Shown here: one piece after another, positions 8,173 through 18,487 of the stretch
Layout of the letters: each line of letters opens with the position of its first letter
How positions within the stretch are numbered: the first letter of the stretch is position 1
Virus record (IMG/VR): IMGVR_UViG_3300020404_002650
Location: 1,728-65,727 of that record
Source of the DNA: a virus
Taxonomy: Duplodnaviria; Caudoviricetes
Direction: 5' to 3' (one strand)
DNA length: 64,000 nucleotides
The notes under the pieces: model-generated
Seen by the model: the letters and a program-made list of their open reading frames with translations, nothing else
What the model was told of the DNA's origin: nothing
The model's database searches: none
Made by a program: the position numbers and the translations under genes

Positions 8173-9937
8173 TTTCTACGTCATTTGCGTAGTTTGTGAA
8201 GCCATTTTCTTTTACCACTTTTAATACAGAATTAACTCTGCTTACTAATTCGTCTTTGTGTGATATAAGGAATATATTTTTCTTCTGTGTTCTCGACATG
8301 TCTTTAAGGACTGCCATAGAACTTTCAACTCCGGATACATCCATACCTGCATCTATAAGTTCGTCAATAAAGAGCAAGTTGATCTGTTGATATAAACTTT
8401 CCCATACATCTCTGAATGCCCAACTCATGCTGAGTATTAGCCTGTTTCTTTCACCTCTGCTCAGATTGTCAAAATCTAGTTCTCTGCCTAGTTCCTCAAT
8501 ACGCACACTTAGGTCTGCTTGGAATGTAACTGTGTGTGGCAATTTTACTTTGCCCAAGAAGAATGCTAGTCTTTGGTTTAGGTAGGTTAAGTTTTGTTCT
8601 ATAATCCTTGTTCTTATAAAACTGTCTTTTGCAGTTAATAATTTGTAAAGGAAGTCTTGGTGTCTATGTAGATCTTCCAATTCGTTTGCCTTTTCATAAT
8701 CAATTTTTTGTATGGCTTTTTTCTCTAGTTCTTCTATCTGTTCTGCATAGGTGTTCTGTTGTTTTTCCGTTCTGTCCAACTGTCTTTTTAGATCTTGCAG
8801 TGATCCTTTGTGGTTGTATGCCTCGTCTATTGTGTCGTAGTACGTATCGGGTATTTGTCCTATATCGCCTATCTCGTCTATGCCCTGTTGTATTTTTGCA
8901 AGATCGTTTTGTAGTTGTGTAGCGTAGTCGGTAGATTCTGTAAGTTGTTTTTTAAGTTTGTCCTGCAGATGTGTGTGTTTGTCGTCGTGCAGTTCCTGTT
9001 CGCATGTTGGACATTTTTGTTGTTCTGAAAATTGTAGATCTGCTCTTGTTTTTTCAACGTTGCTTTCTGCTTTAGTCAAACTGTTTTCGTGATATGCTTT
9101 TTCTTTTTCTAGACCACGCAGTGCTGTCTGCATTTCGTTGTGTGTCTGTAATTTTTTGTGTGCTTCTAATTCTTTTTTGATATCAACTTTTTCAAGTTCT
9201 GCTATTGCATCTTTGAAATTGGCTACATCGTCATCTTTCTGCTTTATCCATGCATTTGATCTTATTTTCAAACTCTCAATTGACTCCTGTATTTTTTCAT
9301 TGGAAGACATCATTGCATCAAGTTTCAATTTTTCTTCTGTAAGCATTTGTTTGGTTGTTTTCTGTTTTTCTTTTAGAAGGTCTGCTTTTTGTGAAAGAAG
9401 TGTTATTCCTAGTAATTGTTCTATTATTTCTCTTTGCTCTGCTTGTTTTGTTGATAGGAACGGTTGCGTATATGTGTTCAGTGCTATGATGTTTTTGAAC
9501 ATGGCATGAGTCATACCCATTAATTTGTTAATTTCCACCTGTGTTTCTCTGTTCTCACCTTGTGCTTCATTACTATCTGTTTTTTGTTCTATGTCGTTGG
9601 CGTAGAATCTAAATATCTGTGGTTTCCTACCTCTTTCTATTGTGTAGGTTATTCCGTTTTTTATAAACTTAACAGCAACTAACATACCTTTTTCGTTAGT
9701 CTTGTTTACAAGATTGTCTCTTCTGATGTTTGTGAGTGCTTCGCCAAAGAACACATAACTTAATGCGTTTATAATTGTAGTTTTACCTGTTCCGTTTCTG
9801 GCACCGGCGTCGTCACCGCCAAGGTCCATGTTTTCACCAATTACGAGGACAAGACTTTTATTTGAGAAGTCAATTGCCTGGGCCTGATTGCCCACGCTCA
9901 TGAAGTTTTTTACTGTAAGTTCTTTAATCGTTAGCAA
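8162..9937 (-). CDS. gp46: Recombination endonuclease ATPase subunit (Rad50/SbcC-like)
   Basis: KNFMSVG, Walker A NGTGKTT, CPTC zinc hook, LSRGE signature, LLFIDE, ISH. Confidence 0.95.
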   Translation of the reverse strand: MLTIKELTVKNFMSVGNQAQAIDFSNKSLVLVIGENMDLGGDDAGARNGTGKTTIINALSYVFFGEALTNIRRDNLVNKTNEKGMLVAVKFIKNGITYTIERGRKPQIFRFYANDIEQKTDSNEAQGENRETQVEINKLMGMTHAMFKNIIALNTYTQPFLSTKQAEQREIIEQLLGITLLSQKADLLKEKQKTTKQMLTEEKLKLDAMMSSNEKIQESIESLKIRSNAWIKQKDDDVANFKDAIAELEKVDIKKELEAHKKLQTHNEMQTALRGLEKEKAYHENSLTKAESNVEKTRADLQFSEQQKCPTCEQELHDDKHTHLQDKLKKQLTESTDYATQLQNDLAKIQQGIDEIGDIGQIPDTYYDTIDEAYNHKGSLQDLKRQLDRTEKQQNTYAEQIEELEKKAIQKIDYEKANELEDLHRHQDFLYKLLTAKDSFIRTRIIEQNLTYLNQRLAFFLGKVKLPHTVTFQADLSVRIEELGRELDFDNLSRGERNRLILSMSWAFRDVWESLYQQINLLFIDELIDAGMDVSGVESSMAVLKDMSRTQKKNIFLISHKDELVSRVNSVLKVVKENGFTNYANDVEIIV

Positions 9938-10091
9938 GTTGTTTCTTCTTCCATTCGTTATATCCTTTCAGCCACTCTTCCTGTGTCACAGGTTTCGCTA
10001 GATATTCTAACAAGGATTTTTTATTCCAAGTTGGCTCCTCATATTCGCCCTTTAATACTTTTATCAATTTCTTTTTACTAATTCTCGACAT
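9924..10091 (-). CDS. Small hypothetical protein (55 aa) between gp47 and gp46
   Basis: MSRISKKKLIKVLKGEYEEPTWNKKSLLEYLAKPVTQEEWLKGYNEWKKKQLAND*; overlaps both neighbours. Confidence 0.6.
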   Translation of the reverse strand: MSRISKKKLIKVLKGEYEEPTWNKKSLLEYLAKPVTQEEWLKGYNEWKKKQLAND

Positions 10092-11100
10092 CTAAATCAT
10101 TGTAAATTGCTGTTAATATGTTTTTGTCGTAAACTTCAGAATCAACCCCTTGTAACTGCTTGACAACAATTTGATCAACACTGTCAAATTTTTGCACCTC
10201 GACCAACGGCTGTTGCGCCTGATCAATCTGTTCTGGTATTAGTTGTAGTTCTCTCAATTGGTATTTGTCCATAAAAGTTTCACGTATGAAATTTGCCTCT
10301 TCATAACTTATTTTTATATCTAGGCTTACACGCACATACATTTTTGGTTTCAGAAATTTGTCTGGATCTTGTAGCAATTGACTTATCTTCAGTGTCCTGT
10401 ATCTTGGCATGTCTGGCCAGTTTATGTACTTGGGTTTGCCACCCATCTCAATGATCATCATTCCACGTTCGTCGTCTCCGGCGTCTGCGTAATTGTGTGG
10501 AAATGCATTGCCCATGTATGTGACATTCTTCATTACTTGTCTTTTGTGAAAGTGTCCTGAGAACACCTGTTCGCAATTAGCAAAATGTTCGGTCTGTATT
10601 CCACCCACGTCAGGCATTTCTACCATAGCATTCATTTTGAAATATGGCAGTTCGAAATGACCAAACACATATTGTTGTTTCATTTTTTGAATCTTTTTAT
10701 ACTCGTCACCTACAATCCACGGGATCAGTGCCACATCATCTTCGACTATCCATTCGTTAACAAGATGTATGTTTGGAATGTTTCTGATAAACTCCATTGA
10801 ATTGATTTCTCTTTTCTCTCTGTAAAATAGGTCATGATTACCCATCAACACATAAACTTTTTCAAATGCCTTTCCTAAACGTTCCATGTTTGACACTGTA
10901 TAGTTCATTGTTGAAACATTTGTGCTGGCCCTGTGGTGATGCCAATCACCTAAGAATATACATGTTTCGCAACCATGTGCTTTGGCCTGTTCTATAAACC
11001 AATAGATGAATGCCTCACAGTCGTCATTATGTACACGACTGTTGCCTTTCATTCCGAAATGTATATCTGTAAAACACGCTACCTTTTTAAAAAATGCCAT
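10078..11100 (-). CDS. gp47: Recombination endonuclease nuclease subunit (Mre11/SbcD-like)
   Basis: DIHFG, GDWHH, GNHD, GHFE, SGHFH metallophosphoesterase motifs. Confidence 0.95.
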   Translation of the reverse strand: MAFFKKVACFTDIHFGMKGNSRVHNDDCEAFIYWFIEQAKAHGCETCIFLGDWHHHRASTNVSTMNYTVSNMERLGKAFEKVYVLMGNHDLFYREKREINSMEFIRNIPNIHLVNEWIVEDDVALIPWIVGDEYKKIQKMKQQYVFGHFELPYFKMNAMVEMPDVGGIQTEHFANCEQVFSGHFHKRQVMKNVTYMGNAFPHNYADAGDDERGMMIIEMGGKPKYINWPDMPRYRTLKISQLLQDPDKFLKPKMYVRVSLDIKISYEEANFIRETFMDKYQLRELQLIPEQIDQAQQPLVEVQKFDSVDQIVVKQLQGVDSEVYDKNILTAIYNDLDVEN

Positions 11101-11103
11101 TGG

Positions 11104-12084
11104 CTACCATTTCTTTTTTACTATTGGTTTGTGATTGGTCATATCTACTTTTTTGTAGTTGACCTCTTGGAAATCGTCAGACTGTAATTTTCCTGTTTTT
11201 TTCAACTTTCTATTTAACTTGGCTATGCCTGTCTTGTTAACAATTTTAGCCTCACCGTGTGCAGTCTTCATTCTTTTTTGATAGGACGGTCCTGCAGTTT
11301 CATTTTCGTTTTGCCTTGTGAAACTTGGCATCATGCCGTTGAACTCTAAAAGGTCATCCCTTATCGCCTGATTCTTCTTCTCAATATTCAATATCCTTGT
11401 GAAACTATTTGTTATTGCGGCAGTGTAGTATGCAAATGGATTATCCGATTTTGACTCGTCGAATTGCAAACCTATCTGACTCAACTGCATCAACGCTTGT
11501 GACTGCATCTCGTCATTGTATGTGTATCCTCTCCAGTTTGCTCTCGTGCCATATCTCTCACACAACTTCATGTACATCAGTGCAAGTTGATTTGTCATTT
11601 TGCCATGGTCGGCAGAAAAATAACCGTTGTCCATTCCTCCAACCCAATGGCTTTTGCCCACGCATTTTGGCTTTGCTTTTTTGTCTAACCTGAAATGCTG
11701 AAACGGTGGAAAGTTTACTTTTGAATGATGGTCTGCTGTTTGCTTTGGATTCTTCTTACGTGTGTCGTCCATGGGTATGTGGTCGAACATCATCACACGG
11801 AAAACTAGATCAGTCTTGTCTATCTTCCTTGGCGATATTGTGTAATCTGCAAGTTTGATCTTTTTCATGCCAGCGGCTTTGGCGGCCTCCCATGCTTCTT
11901 GTGTCAATCGTTTGGCTTTGTTTTTTTTGGCCTCCGCGATTGTTCTCACATTTATTTTTTTAAGGTTTGGCACAATTATATCGTACTGCGAGTCCTCCTG
12001 GCTCACGTAGGAGCAGTAGGTGTTTTTGCTGGCGTGTATCTGTGCCAACAGATCTCTGTTATTCAGGTATTTTACTCTTTTCAT
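11104..12084 (-). CDS. gp55: Late transcription sigma factor
   Basis: YLNNRDLL, NWRGYTYNDEM, FDESKSDNPFAYYT...F.R.LNIEKK; ATG 12084 with GGAGA RBS. Confidence 0.9.
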   Translation of the reverse strand: MKRVKYLNNRDLLAQIHASKNTYCSYVSQEDSQYDIIVPNLKKINVRTIAEAKKNKAKRLTQEAWEAAKAAGMKKIKLADYTISPRKIDKTDLVFRVMMFDHIPMDDTRKKNPKQTADHHSKVNFPPFQHFRLDKKAKPKCVGKSHWVGGMDNGYFSADHGKMTNQLALMYMKLCERYGTRANWRGYTYNDEMQSQALMQLSQIGLQFDESKSDNPFAYYTAAITNSFTRILNIEKKNQAIRDDLLEFNGMMPSFTRQNENETAGPSYQKRMKTAHGEAKIVNKTGIAKLNRKLKKTGKLQSDDFQEVNYKKVDMTNHKPIVKKKW

Positions 12085-12174
12085 ATTTCTCCAATAATGT
12101 GTTGTAAAAGTGACCACAAACAGGTCTGTTGTAATCGTGCCGTATGGGTTATTAAGTGCGCCTAGAATTGTGCC

Positions 12175-12182
12175 TATAAATA
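12175..12182 (+). promoter_or_regulatory. Late promoter TATAAATA for the baseplate operon
   Basis: Exact consensus upstream of ATG 12226. Confidence 0.75.
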
Positions 12183-12225
12183 TAGTTAAAGTATACGAAA
12201 TTTTAGAAGGAAAAGCAACCTAAAC

Positions 12226-13059
12226 ATGGTATTCAGAGCAATAGGACAAGCGGTAAAAAAAGTGGCGGGAGGAGCCATTAACAAGACACTGGCAAGATTG
12301 ACAGGCGCAGGAATCAGCACAGATTCCAGGATTGTGCAATCACGAGCAAAATGGAGTTCACGTAGTGACAAGACTGACTGGCGGGTACGACTACAAGTGC
12401 CTAATGGGCCATTAAGGCAGTTTTTTGATTTTGAAAATAATCCATTAATGAAACCTTTGTCAGATTCAAACGGTATTTTTTGGCCATTGACTCCGGCAAT
12501 GGTAATACAGCATTCGGCAAACTATAATGCAATGGACATGGTTCACAGTAATTTTCCACACCAGGCATATCAAAACTCACAAGTAGATCAAATAAACATC
12601 ATTGGTGAATTTCCTGTTCAAAATTATGAGGATGCCAAACATTGGGTTGCAACGGTAAACTTTTTAAGGACTGCTACAAAAATGTTTTTTGGAACAGAGG
12701 AAGGCAGTTCAGGACTAAAAGGAAATCCGCCACCTATCATGCATTTATATGGTTATGGTGATAATATGTTTAACAAGGTTCCGGTTGTAATCAATACTTT
12801 CAACGTTGAACTTAGACCAGGCATTGACTACATATCAACAAAACAAGAAGCAAGTCCATATAGACAACTTACAGGACCAGACGCTGGTTTTTACCTAAAC
12901 GGTACAGGTGAGTCTCAATCATGGGCACCAACGCTTTCGAACATTTCTGTTCTAGTCACTCCTATCTACTCTAGAGATAGTGTCAAGAATTTTTCAATGA
13001 AAAAATTTGTGAATGGAGAACTTAACGGAAAAGGGACTAACGAAATAGGATTCATCTAA
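12226..13059 (+). CDS. Baseplate tail-tube initiator/cap-like protein
   Basis: DWRVRL, HSNFP, FLRTATKMFFG, GNPPP...GYG...VPVVI motifs; first gene of the baseplate operon. Confidence 0.6.
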   Translation: MVFRAIGQAVKKVAGGAINKTLARLTGAGISTDSRIVQSRAKWSSRSDKTDWRVRLQVPNGPLRQFFDFENNPLMKPLSDSNGIFWPLTPAMVIQHSANYNAMDMVHSNFPHQAYQNSQVDQINIIGEFPVQNYEDAKHWVATVNFLRTATKMFFGTEEGSSGLKGNPPPIMHLYGYGDNMFNKVPVVINTFNVELRPGIDYISTKQEASPYRQLTGPDAGFYLNGTGESQSWAPTLSNISVLVTPIYSRDSVKNFSMKKFVNGELNGKGTNEIGFI

Positions 13060-13358
13060 TGGCAAAGTATTCTAACACATCACCTTATTTTGAAACAGCG
13101 GAAGTTGGAGACTATTTAGATATTTTAAATCCCAGAACAATAACTGCGGAGCAAGACGATCAAAGTTACACTATAGAAAGAACATATGCTTTTAGGCCTG
13201 ACTTACTTGCATACGACCTATATGGATCACCGAGACTTTTTTGGGTGTTTGCTCAACGTAATCCAGATCAATTAGAGGATCCAATATACGATTTCAAACC
13301 AGGAACAACGATTCAGTTGCCCAAGAAAGAAAACCTACTACGTGATCTAGGAATATAA
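13059..13358 (+). CDS. Baseplate wedge gp53-like (LysM-like) protein
   Basis: RPDLLAYDLYGSPRLFWV...F.PG..I.LP. Confidence 0.75.
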   Translation: MAKYSNTSPYFETAEVGDYLDILNPRTITAEQDDQSYTIERTYAFRPDLLAYDLYGSPRLFWVFAQRNPDQLEDPIYDFKPGTTIQLPKKENLLRDLGI

Positions 13359-13359
13359 A

Positions 13360-15567
13360 ATGGCGTTTACATCCTATCAGAATAGAAATGCCAGTTCGTA
13401 CAGCCAAGATGGTCCTAATGGAAAATTCAAAAAGACTGTAAAAAAAGAAAGAGAAAAGGTTTTCAACCTATCAGATCAAAACGCCTTACATGACTTTGCA
13501 TCATACAATGCATTGTTTACTTTGAGTGGCCTCAGTGAGAATGATTTGTCGTCGACTAAAGAACTTTTAAATTCAAAACCCCATGACATCATAATCAAAA
13601 GTGCAGGTATTGGGCCAACGGAAAACGCCAGCGAATCAAGACTAGGGCCTAAAGATAGGAAAATAGTTGAAAGCAACGAAAGACTGCAAGGCGCAATAGA
13701 AAAAAGCCAAGAAGTTTTGAGACGTAATAGAGACCTCTATTTTAGAAGCGTTACAATGAACACGTTACCCGGCTTGAACGCAAAGCGAAGATTGACATCT
13801 GTGACTGAAATAGCAATGGAGGTAATTGAACCAGCAGGAATTACTTTGCTGGAACGTATCAGAGCCGCGGCTATAAACAACAACTTCCTAGATCATTTGG
13901 ATGCCACTTATTTGCTTACTGTTGAATTTCAAGGATATGACGAACTGGGCCAGAAGGCAGATGCAAACACCAAAACTTACTTAACAAGAAAAATTCCAAT
14001 AAAATTTACGCAGATGGACATGGACGTTACTGCGGCAGGAACTGTGTATAACATTAGAGCCATTCCACAGACAGAATATGCCTACTTAAACAGATACAAT
14101 TACTTGCGTACTGCGGGGACACTGAATCCACCCCAAAGATCTCTAAAATCCGCAATAACAACCTTGGAAGATCTTTGTAACAAACAGACCGAAGATGAAA
14201 AAGCACAAGGACTTTGTGAGATTGCTGACAAATATATTATTAGCGTACACGAAGATCTCAAACCAGAAAAGCCTTTGACTTTGAGCACAGTTGAAACAAT
14301 AGGTATGGCAACACAGGAAGGTGCCACAGGAGCAGATGCAGGTTTTTACGTTGCCAATGAAATAGCAGTGCCACCGGATGTGATGAAACTTAATAGTAGT
14401 GCCAGTATTATAAAAGTGCTCGAGGAACTTATGAAAGGCCATCCCGATTACAGAGAACAAAAATTTAAGGAATTCAAACAAAAAGCGGCAAACGTGTTGG
14501 GAGATAAAAATACAGGCGGTGCTGATCCGGAAAGTTTTTATTTCAACTATTTCAGAATTAGATCTAATGTTAAACTACTACCAGATAAATTTGATAAGAT
14601 ACGGGCAACAAATGCCAAGGAAATTACATTCACAGTAGAACCTTACAAGGTACATGCTTACTCTTTAGCCATTCCCGGTGTCAGTACGGGGCAAAATTAT
14701 AAGGCGTTTGTTTACAAAACATACAACTATATCTTCACAGGTGAGAACCTTGATGTCCTGGATTTGAATATACAATACCGTGCGGCATACTTCCAAGGCA
14801 GATTGAAGGATTTTCAAGCAGACAATGTGAGGAAAAACAAAATTGAAAACCTAGGCACAACATCTGCACAGAGTACAACTTCACAGGATCATTTCCTCGA
14901 TCCGCCTTTTATTCATAGACAAGAAGTTACTACTTCAAAATCAGAAGGAACCGGACTTACTGGAGGCACACCCACAGAACTAGATGCATTCCTAGATACA
15001 CTCACCCATCCTTTGGCAGACATGGTCAACATCAGGATGGAAATACTGGGAGATCCTGCATGGTTGGGACAATCACAATTCATACCAGCAAACCCGGAAC
15101 TGTTTGGAGACGGTGTACACAGAGACACAACAGTAGATTATTTCCGTGGCGGTTTTGACAAAATATGGAACGAAAAGTTGAGATGTTATAATTCAGATCT
15201 AGCAGAACCTATTATTCTATTGAACTTCAGGATGCCAACAGATCTTAACAATAACACCGGCGTATACGAACTACAGAGTGATCAGTCAGCCACTTTCTCT
15301 GGTTTGTTCAGAGTTGTTCAAGTCGAGCACAATTTTGTTGATGGCAAATACACAAATGTGTTACATTTGACAAGATTTAATAACCAAGGGGTAACAATAT
15401 CCAATCCTGTGCCTAAAGCGTTTGTGCTTAACAGGAGAGGTGAACCTAGCGAGATAAAAACATTCAGTGAAATAAATGAAATCGTAAATCAGGCCAACGG
15501 TGTGTACACAGACGTAATTAACATTGGAAGGAAATTTAAAGATCTCTTGAAAGGAATTTTTAGTTAA
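13360..15567 (+). CDS. Baseplate hub (gp27-like) protein
   Basis: EILGDP and SGLFRVVQVEHNF hub-type motifs; lies between gp53-like and gp5-like genes. Confidence 0.6.
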   Translation: MAFTSYQNRNASSYSQDGPNGKFKKTVKKEREKVFNLSDQNALHDFASYNALFTLSGLSENDLSSTKELLNSKPHDIIIKSAGIGPTENASESRLGPKDRKIVESNERLQGAIEKSQEVLRRNRDLYFRSVTMNTLPGLNAKRRLTSVTEIAMEVIEPAGITLLERIRAAAINNNFLDHLDATYLLTVEFQGYDELGQKADANTKTYLTRKIPIKFTQMDMDVTAAGTVYNIRAIPQTEYAYLNRYNYLRTAGTLNPPQRSLKSAITTLEDLCNKQTEDEKAQGLCEIADKYIISVHEDLKPEKPLTLSTVETIGMATQEGATGADAGFYVANEIAVPPDVMKLNSSASIIKVLEELMKGHPDYREQKFKEFKQKAANVLGDKNTGGADPESFYFNYFRIRSNVKLLPDKFDKIRATNAKEITFTVEPYKVHAYSLAIPGVSTGQNYKAFVYKTYNYIFTGENLDVLDLNIQYRAAYFQGRLKDFQADNVRKNKIENLGTTSAQSTTSQDHFLDPPFIHRQEVTTSKSEGTGLTGGTPTELDAFLDTLTHPLADMVNIRMEILGDPAWLGQSQFIPANPELFGDGVHRDTTVDYFRGGFDKIWNEKLRCYNSDLAEPIILLNFRMPTDLNNNTGVYELQSDQSATFSGLFRVVQVEHNFVDGKYTNVLHLTRFNNQGVTISNPVPKAFVLNRRGEPSEIKTFSEINEIVNQANGVYTDVINIGRKFKDLLKGIFS

Positions 15568-18008
15568 TGCTTGAAAATTATTTAAAAGGTGATGCTTCGA
15601 CACCCAAAGCACCGGGAGGTGATAAGTCATGGACGGGACAGAATCCAGGGCCGTATCTCGGCATAGTCAAAGGCAACAAAGATCCTGCAAGGATGGGTAG
15701 GCTAAAAGTATTCATACCTACTCTTGCAAAGACTTCAGATCCTAGCGAAGATCAGTTAATCACTTGTGATTATCTCGCACCTTTTTATGGTGCTAAAGGT
15801 GGACAATTCACAAATGGTGCCAGCAGGGAATACGAAGACAGTCAACACGCTTATGGTTTTTGGGCAGTGCCACCGGATCTCGAAACAAAAGTCCTTGTGA
15901 TATTTGCTGAAGGTAAAATGGAACAGGCCTATTGGATAGGTTGCGTACAAGATCCTTTCACAAATCACATGGTACCTGGTATTGCCTCAAGTTCAAATAC
16001 ATGGGACACTGTAACAGGACAAAAATCAGGTCCACCCAGTACCGCCGAACCAAGTTTAGATAAGCAAAAAACTTACGGCACGGACAACGTTCCTGCGGGA
16101 GAGTTGAACAGGAACACACCCGGCGCACTTACTAACAACAATTATGAGTCAACACCAAAGCCAATACACCCATTTGCGGATGTCTTATTGAAGCAAGGGT
16201 TGATAGCAGATCCCGTAAGAGGCACAACTTCTTCATCGGCTAGACGTGAAACTCCAAGCCAAGTGTTTGGTATCAGCACACCAGGCAGGAAAGATAAAGG
16301 ATCACAGAAGAAAAAAGTAGGCCCGAAAAATGCTACGGCACAAGATTTTGTTTCCAGAGGTACAGGACAAACTTTTGTTATGGATGATGGTGCGATCGAC
16401 GGAACAAATCAGTTGACCAGACTAAGAACTGCGTCAGGACACCAATTATTAATGCATGACACAGAAGGTGTGGTCTATATAGCAAATGGTTCGGGAGATG
16501 CATACATAGAAATGCAATCCAACGGAAGGATAGACGTCTACTCTGGGATAGGGGGAATCAATTTAAGGACGGAAGGAGATTTCAATTTACACTCTGACGC
16601 AAACATAAACATGCACGCCAATGGACAAGTGAGATTTAGTGCCGCCAACGAAATGATTCATTCTGCGGACGCATTATTAAATTTAGGAGAAAAAGGAATA
16701 TTCAATAGTTCTCAGTCAGGTACTATAAGAGACTTTGCAAGGGACGGATTAAGTTCGTTCACCAACGGCACTCAACTTCATGGAGCAGGAGGACAGATTC
16801 ACCTTGCAGGTGCACAGGTGCATTTCAACTCGGTTGGCGCAAGTTCACAGTGGGGACCAGGTTGGCTTACGCAGGAAAAGGTCGGTATGCAACTACGAGA
16901 AGAAGGCGATGTAGAACTGACACAGAAAGGTATCAAACCTTTAGAGCAGTTTTCGAGGAAAACAAAAACTACCGTTCATAGATTTGTAACACATGAACCA
17001 ATGTTTAGGGCCAGCGTAATTACAAATGATGGCATTATACCTATTGCATCGGACGACAAAAAGCAATGGAGCAAATTGGCAAACCAACCAGGCACTCCGG
17101 AATTCCTGAACCAACAGAACAGAATAAGTGAGAATAGTTCGATCAGAGATGCACAGTACCAGGCGGACGCATTGGAATACGTAAAACAGAAAATGGGAAA
17201 TAGCACAGATGCTAAAAAAGCCAAAAAATTATTGACCGATTTTGGAACTACTTACAATGACATTTATGGAATCTCCAAAAAAGCAAATTTACCTTTTGAT
17301 CTAAAAGATAGTATTTCAGAAAAAATAAAGGGATCTCAATTTGTCACCGACGCCACAACGGTCACTGGCAAATTGACAACGCAGGTATTGGAGAACTTTA
17401 AAGGTACCAGCACAAAACTTTTCAAAGACAACGTGTTTGTGAACTCTACAGGCGAATTATTTTCATTAGGAGGAAACACTATTTCCGGAATAACGGAAAA
17501 TATAAGCATAGTAAACGATAGTTTAAATGTTGTCAAAGGACTGAAAGGAAATCTTTCTACCGATGTCACACCAACAATTGGAGCGATCAATAGCATCACG
17601 AAAACATATTCTAGTGTGGTTGGAGGCAAAATAGTTGGGATGAACCAAGTCAAGAGCCTGGCATCAAAAACAGGTTTGTTTAACGCAAGGGAGGCAGGCA
17701 TAGCAGGACAAAGTTTCCTACAGAATGTTGGAGCCAACTTAGGAACCAAAATAGGAGCAATCGGTGGTGCTGTAAAAACTTTCTTCAGTGGTTTCAAATT
17801 TAGTGACAGAAGACTCAAAGAAGATATAAGATTAATTGGCAAGTCACCGAGTGGAGTTAACATATATTCGTTTAAATACTATCAAATACCAGGCAGATAC
17901 ATTGGTGTAATGGCACAGGAAGTTCCATGGGCAAGGCACATGACCGACTATGGATATTATGCTGTTGATTACAGTAAAGTAGATGTTGAATTTAGGAGAT
18001 TAAACTAA
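15567..18008 (+). CDS. gp5/VgrG-like central spike with C-terminal S74-type intramolecular chaperone domain
   Basis: OB-fold DPARMGRLKVFIP...YGFWAVPPD...YWIG; beta-helix region FVMDDG, RLRTASGHQ; C-terminal FSDRRLKEDI...GVMAQEV...VDY. Confidence 0.8.
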   Translation: MLENYLKGDASTPKAPGGDKSWTGQNPGPYLGIVKGNKDPARMGRLKVFIPTLAKTSDPSEDQLITCDYLAPFYGAKGGQFTNGASREYEDSQHAYGFWAVPPDLETKVLVIFAEGKMEQAYWIGCVQDPFTNHMVPGIASSSNTWDTVTGQKSGPPSTAEPSLDKQKTYGTDNVPAGELNRNTPGALTNNNYESTPKPIHPFADVLLKQGLIADPVRGTTSSSARRETPSQVFGISTPGRKDKGSQKKKVGPKNATAQDFVSRGTGQTFVMDDGAIDGTNQLTRLRTASGHQLLMHDTEGVVYIANGSGDAYIEMQSNGRIDVYSGIGGINLRTEGDFNLHSDANINMHANGQVRFSAANEMIHSADALLNLGEKGIFNSSQSGTIRDFARDGLSSFTNGTQLHGAGGQIHLAGAQVHFNSVGASSQWGPGWLTQEKVGMQLREEGDVELTQKGIKPLEQFSRKTKTTVHRFVTHEPMFRASVITNDGIIPIASDDKKQWSKLANQPGTPEFLNQQNRISENSSIRDAQYQADALEYVKQKMGNSTDAKKAKKLLTDFGTTYNDIYGISKKANLPFDLKDSISEKIKGSQFVTDATTVTGKLTTQVLENFKGTSTKLFKDNVFVNSTGELFSLGGNTISGITENISIVNDSLNVVKGLKGNLSTDVTPTIGAINSITKTYSSVVGGKIVGMNQVKSLASKTGLFNAREAGIAGQSFLQNVGANLGTKIGAIGGAVKTFFSGFKFSDRRLKEDIRLIGKSPSGVNIYSFKYYQIPGRYIGVMAQEVPWARHMTDYGYYAVDYSKVDVEFRRLN

Positions 18009-18445
18009 TGGCATACGGAAGTGGAGGAGGATCAGGAGGATCGGGATCGGGATCAGGTGCACCTGGTAGCGGATCAGTTACATTTAAAGGCTTTAGTTCT
18101 CGTGCCAACCAACAGAATTTTAAACTTTATGATTTTGAAGTGGCCAAGCAGGATCTTATCAATAGGTTAAGTGTGCGTAAGGGTGAACGTGTTGAAAATC
18201 CGGAGTTTGGCACAATAATATACGATGCGATATTCGAGCCATTTACCGAAGATTTGAAAAATGCAATAATAGATGATGTGACGGATAATCTTAACGCAGA
18301 TCCAAGGATCTCAACACAAGAAATACTTGTGACAGAAGCGGACAAAGGAATAGCAATCCAAGCCACAATTACATATGTGCCGCTGAATATTACAGAGAAA
18401 TTACGGTTCAATTTCGATGAAAATTCACTATTGCGTCTTTCTTAA
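18008..18445 (+). CDS. gp25: Baseplate wedge protein
   Basis: RKGERVENPEFGT..., DPRI; N-terminal Gly/Ser extension. Confidence 0.85.
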   Translation: MAYGSGGGSGGSGSGSGAPGSGSVTFKGFSSRANQQNFKLYDFEVAKQDLINRLSVRKGERVENPEFGTIIYDAIFEPFTEDLKNAIIDDVTDNLNADPRISTQEILVTEADKGIAIQATITYVPLNITEKLRFNFDENSLLRLS

Positions 18446-18465
18446 ACTACGCACTTAATTTAAGT

Positions 18466-18473
18466 TATAAATA
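18466..18473 (+). promoter_or_regulatory. Late promoter TATAAATA
   Basis: Exact consensus 15 nt upstream of ATG 18488. Confidence 0.75.
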
Positions 18474-18487
18474 TCCATACAAACAGT

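Noticed and set aside
18020-18075. GGATCA/GGATCG tandem DNA repeats
   Set aside because: Explained by the Gly-Ser linker coding at the gp25 N-terminus
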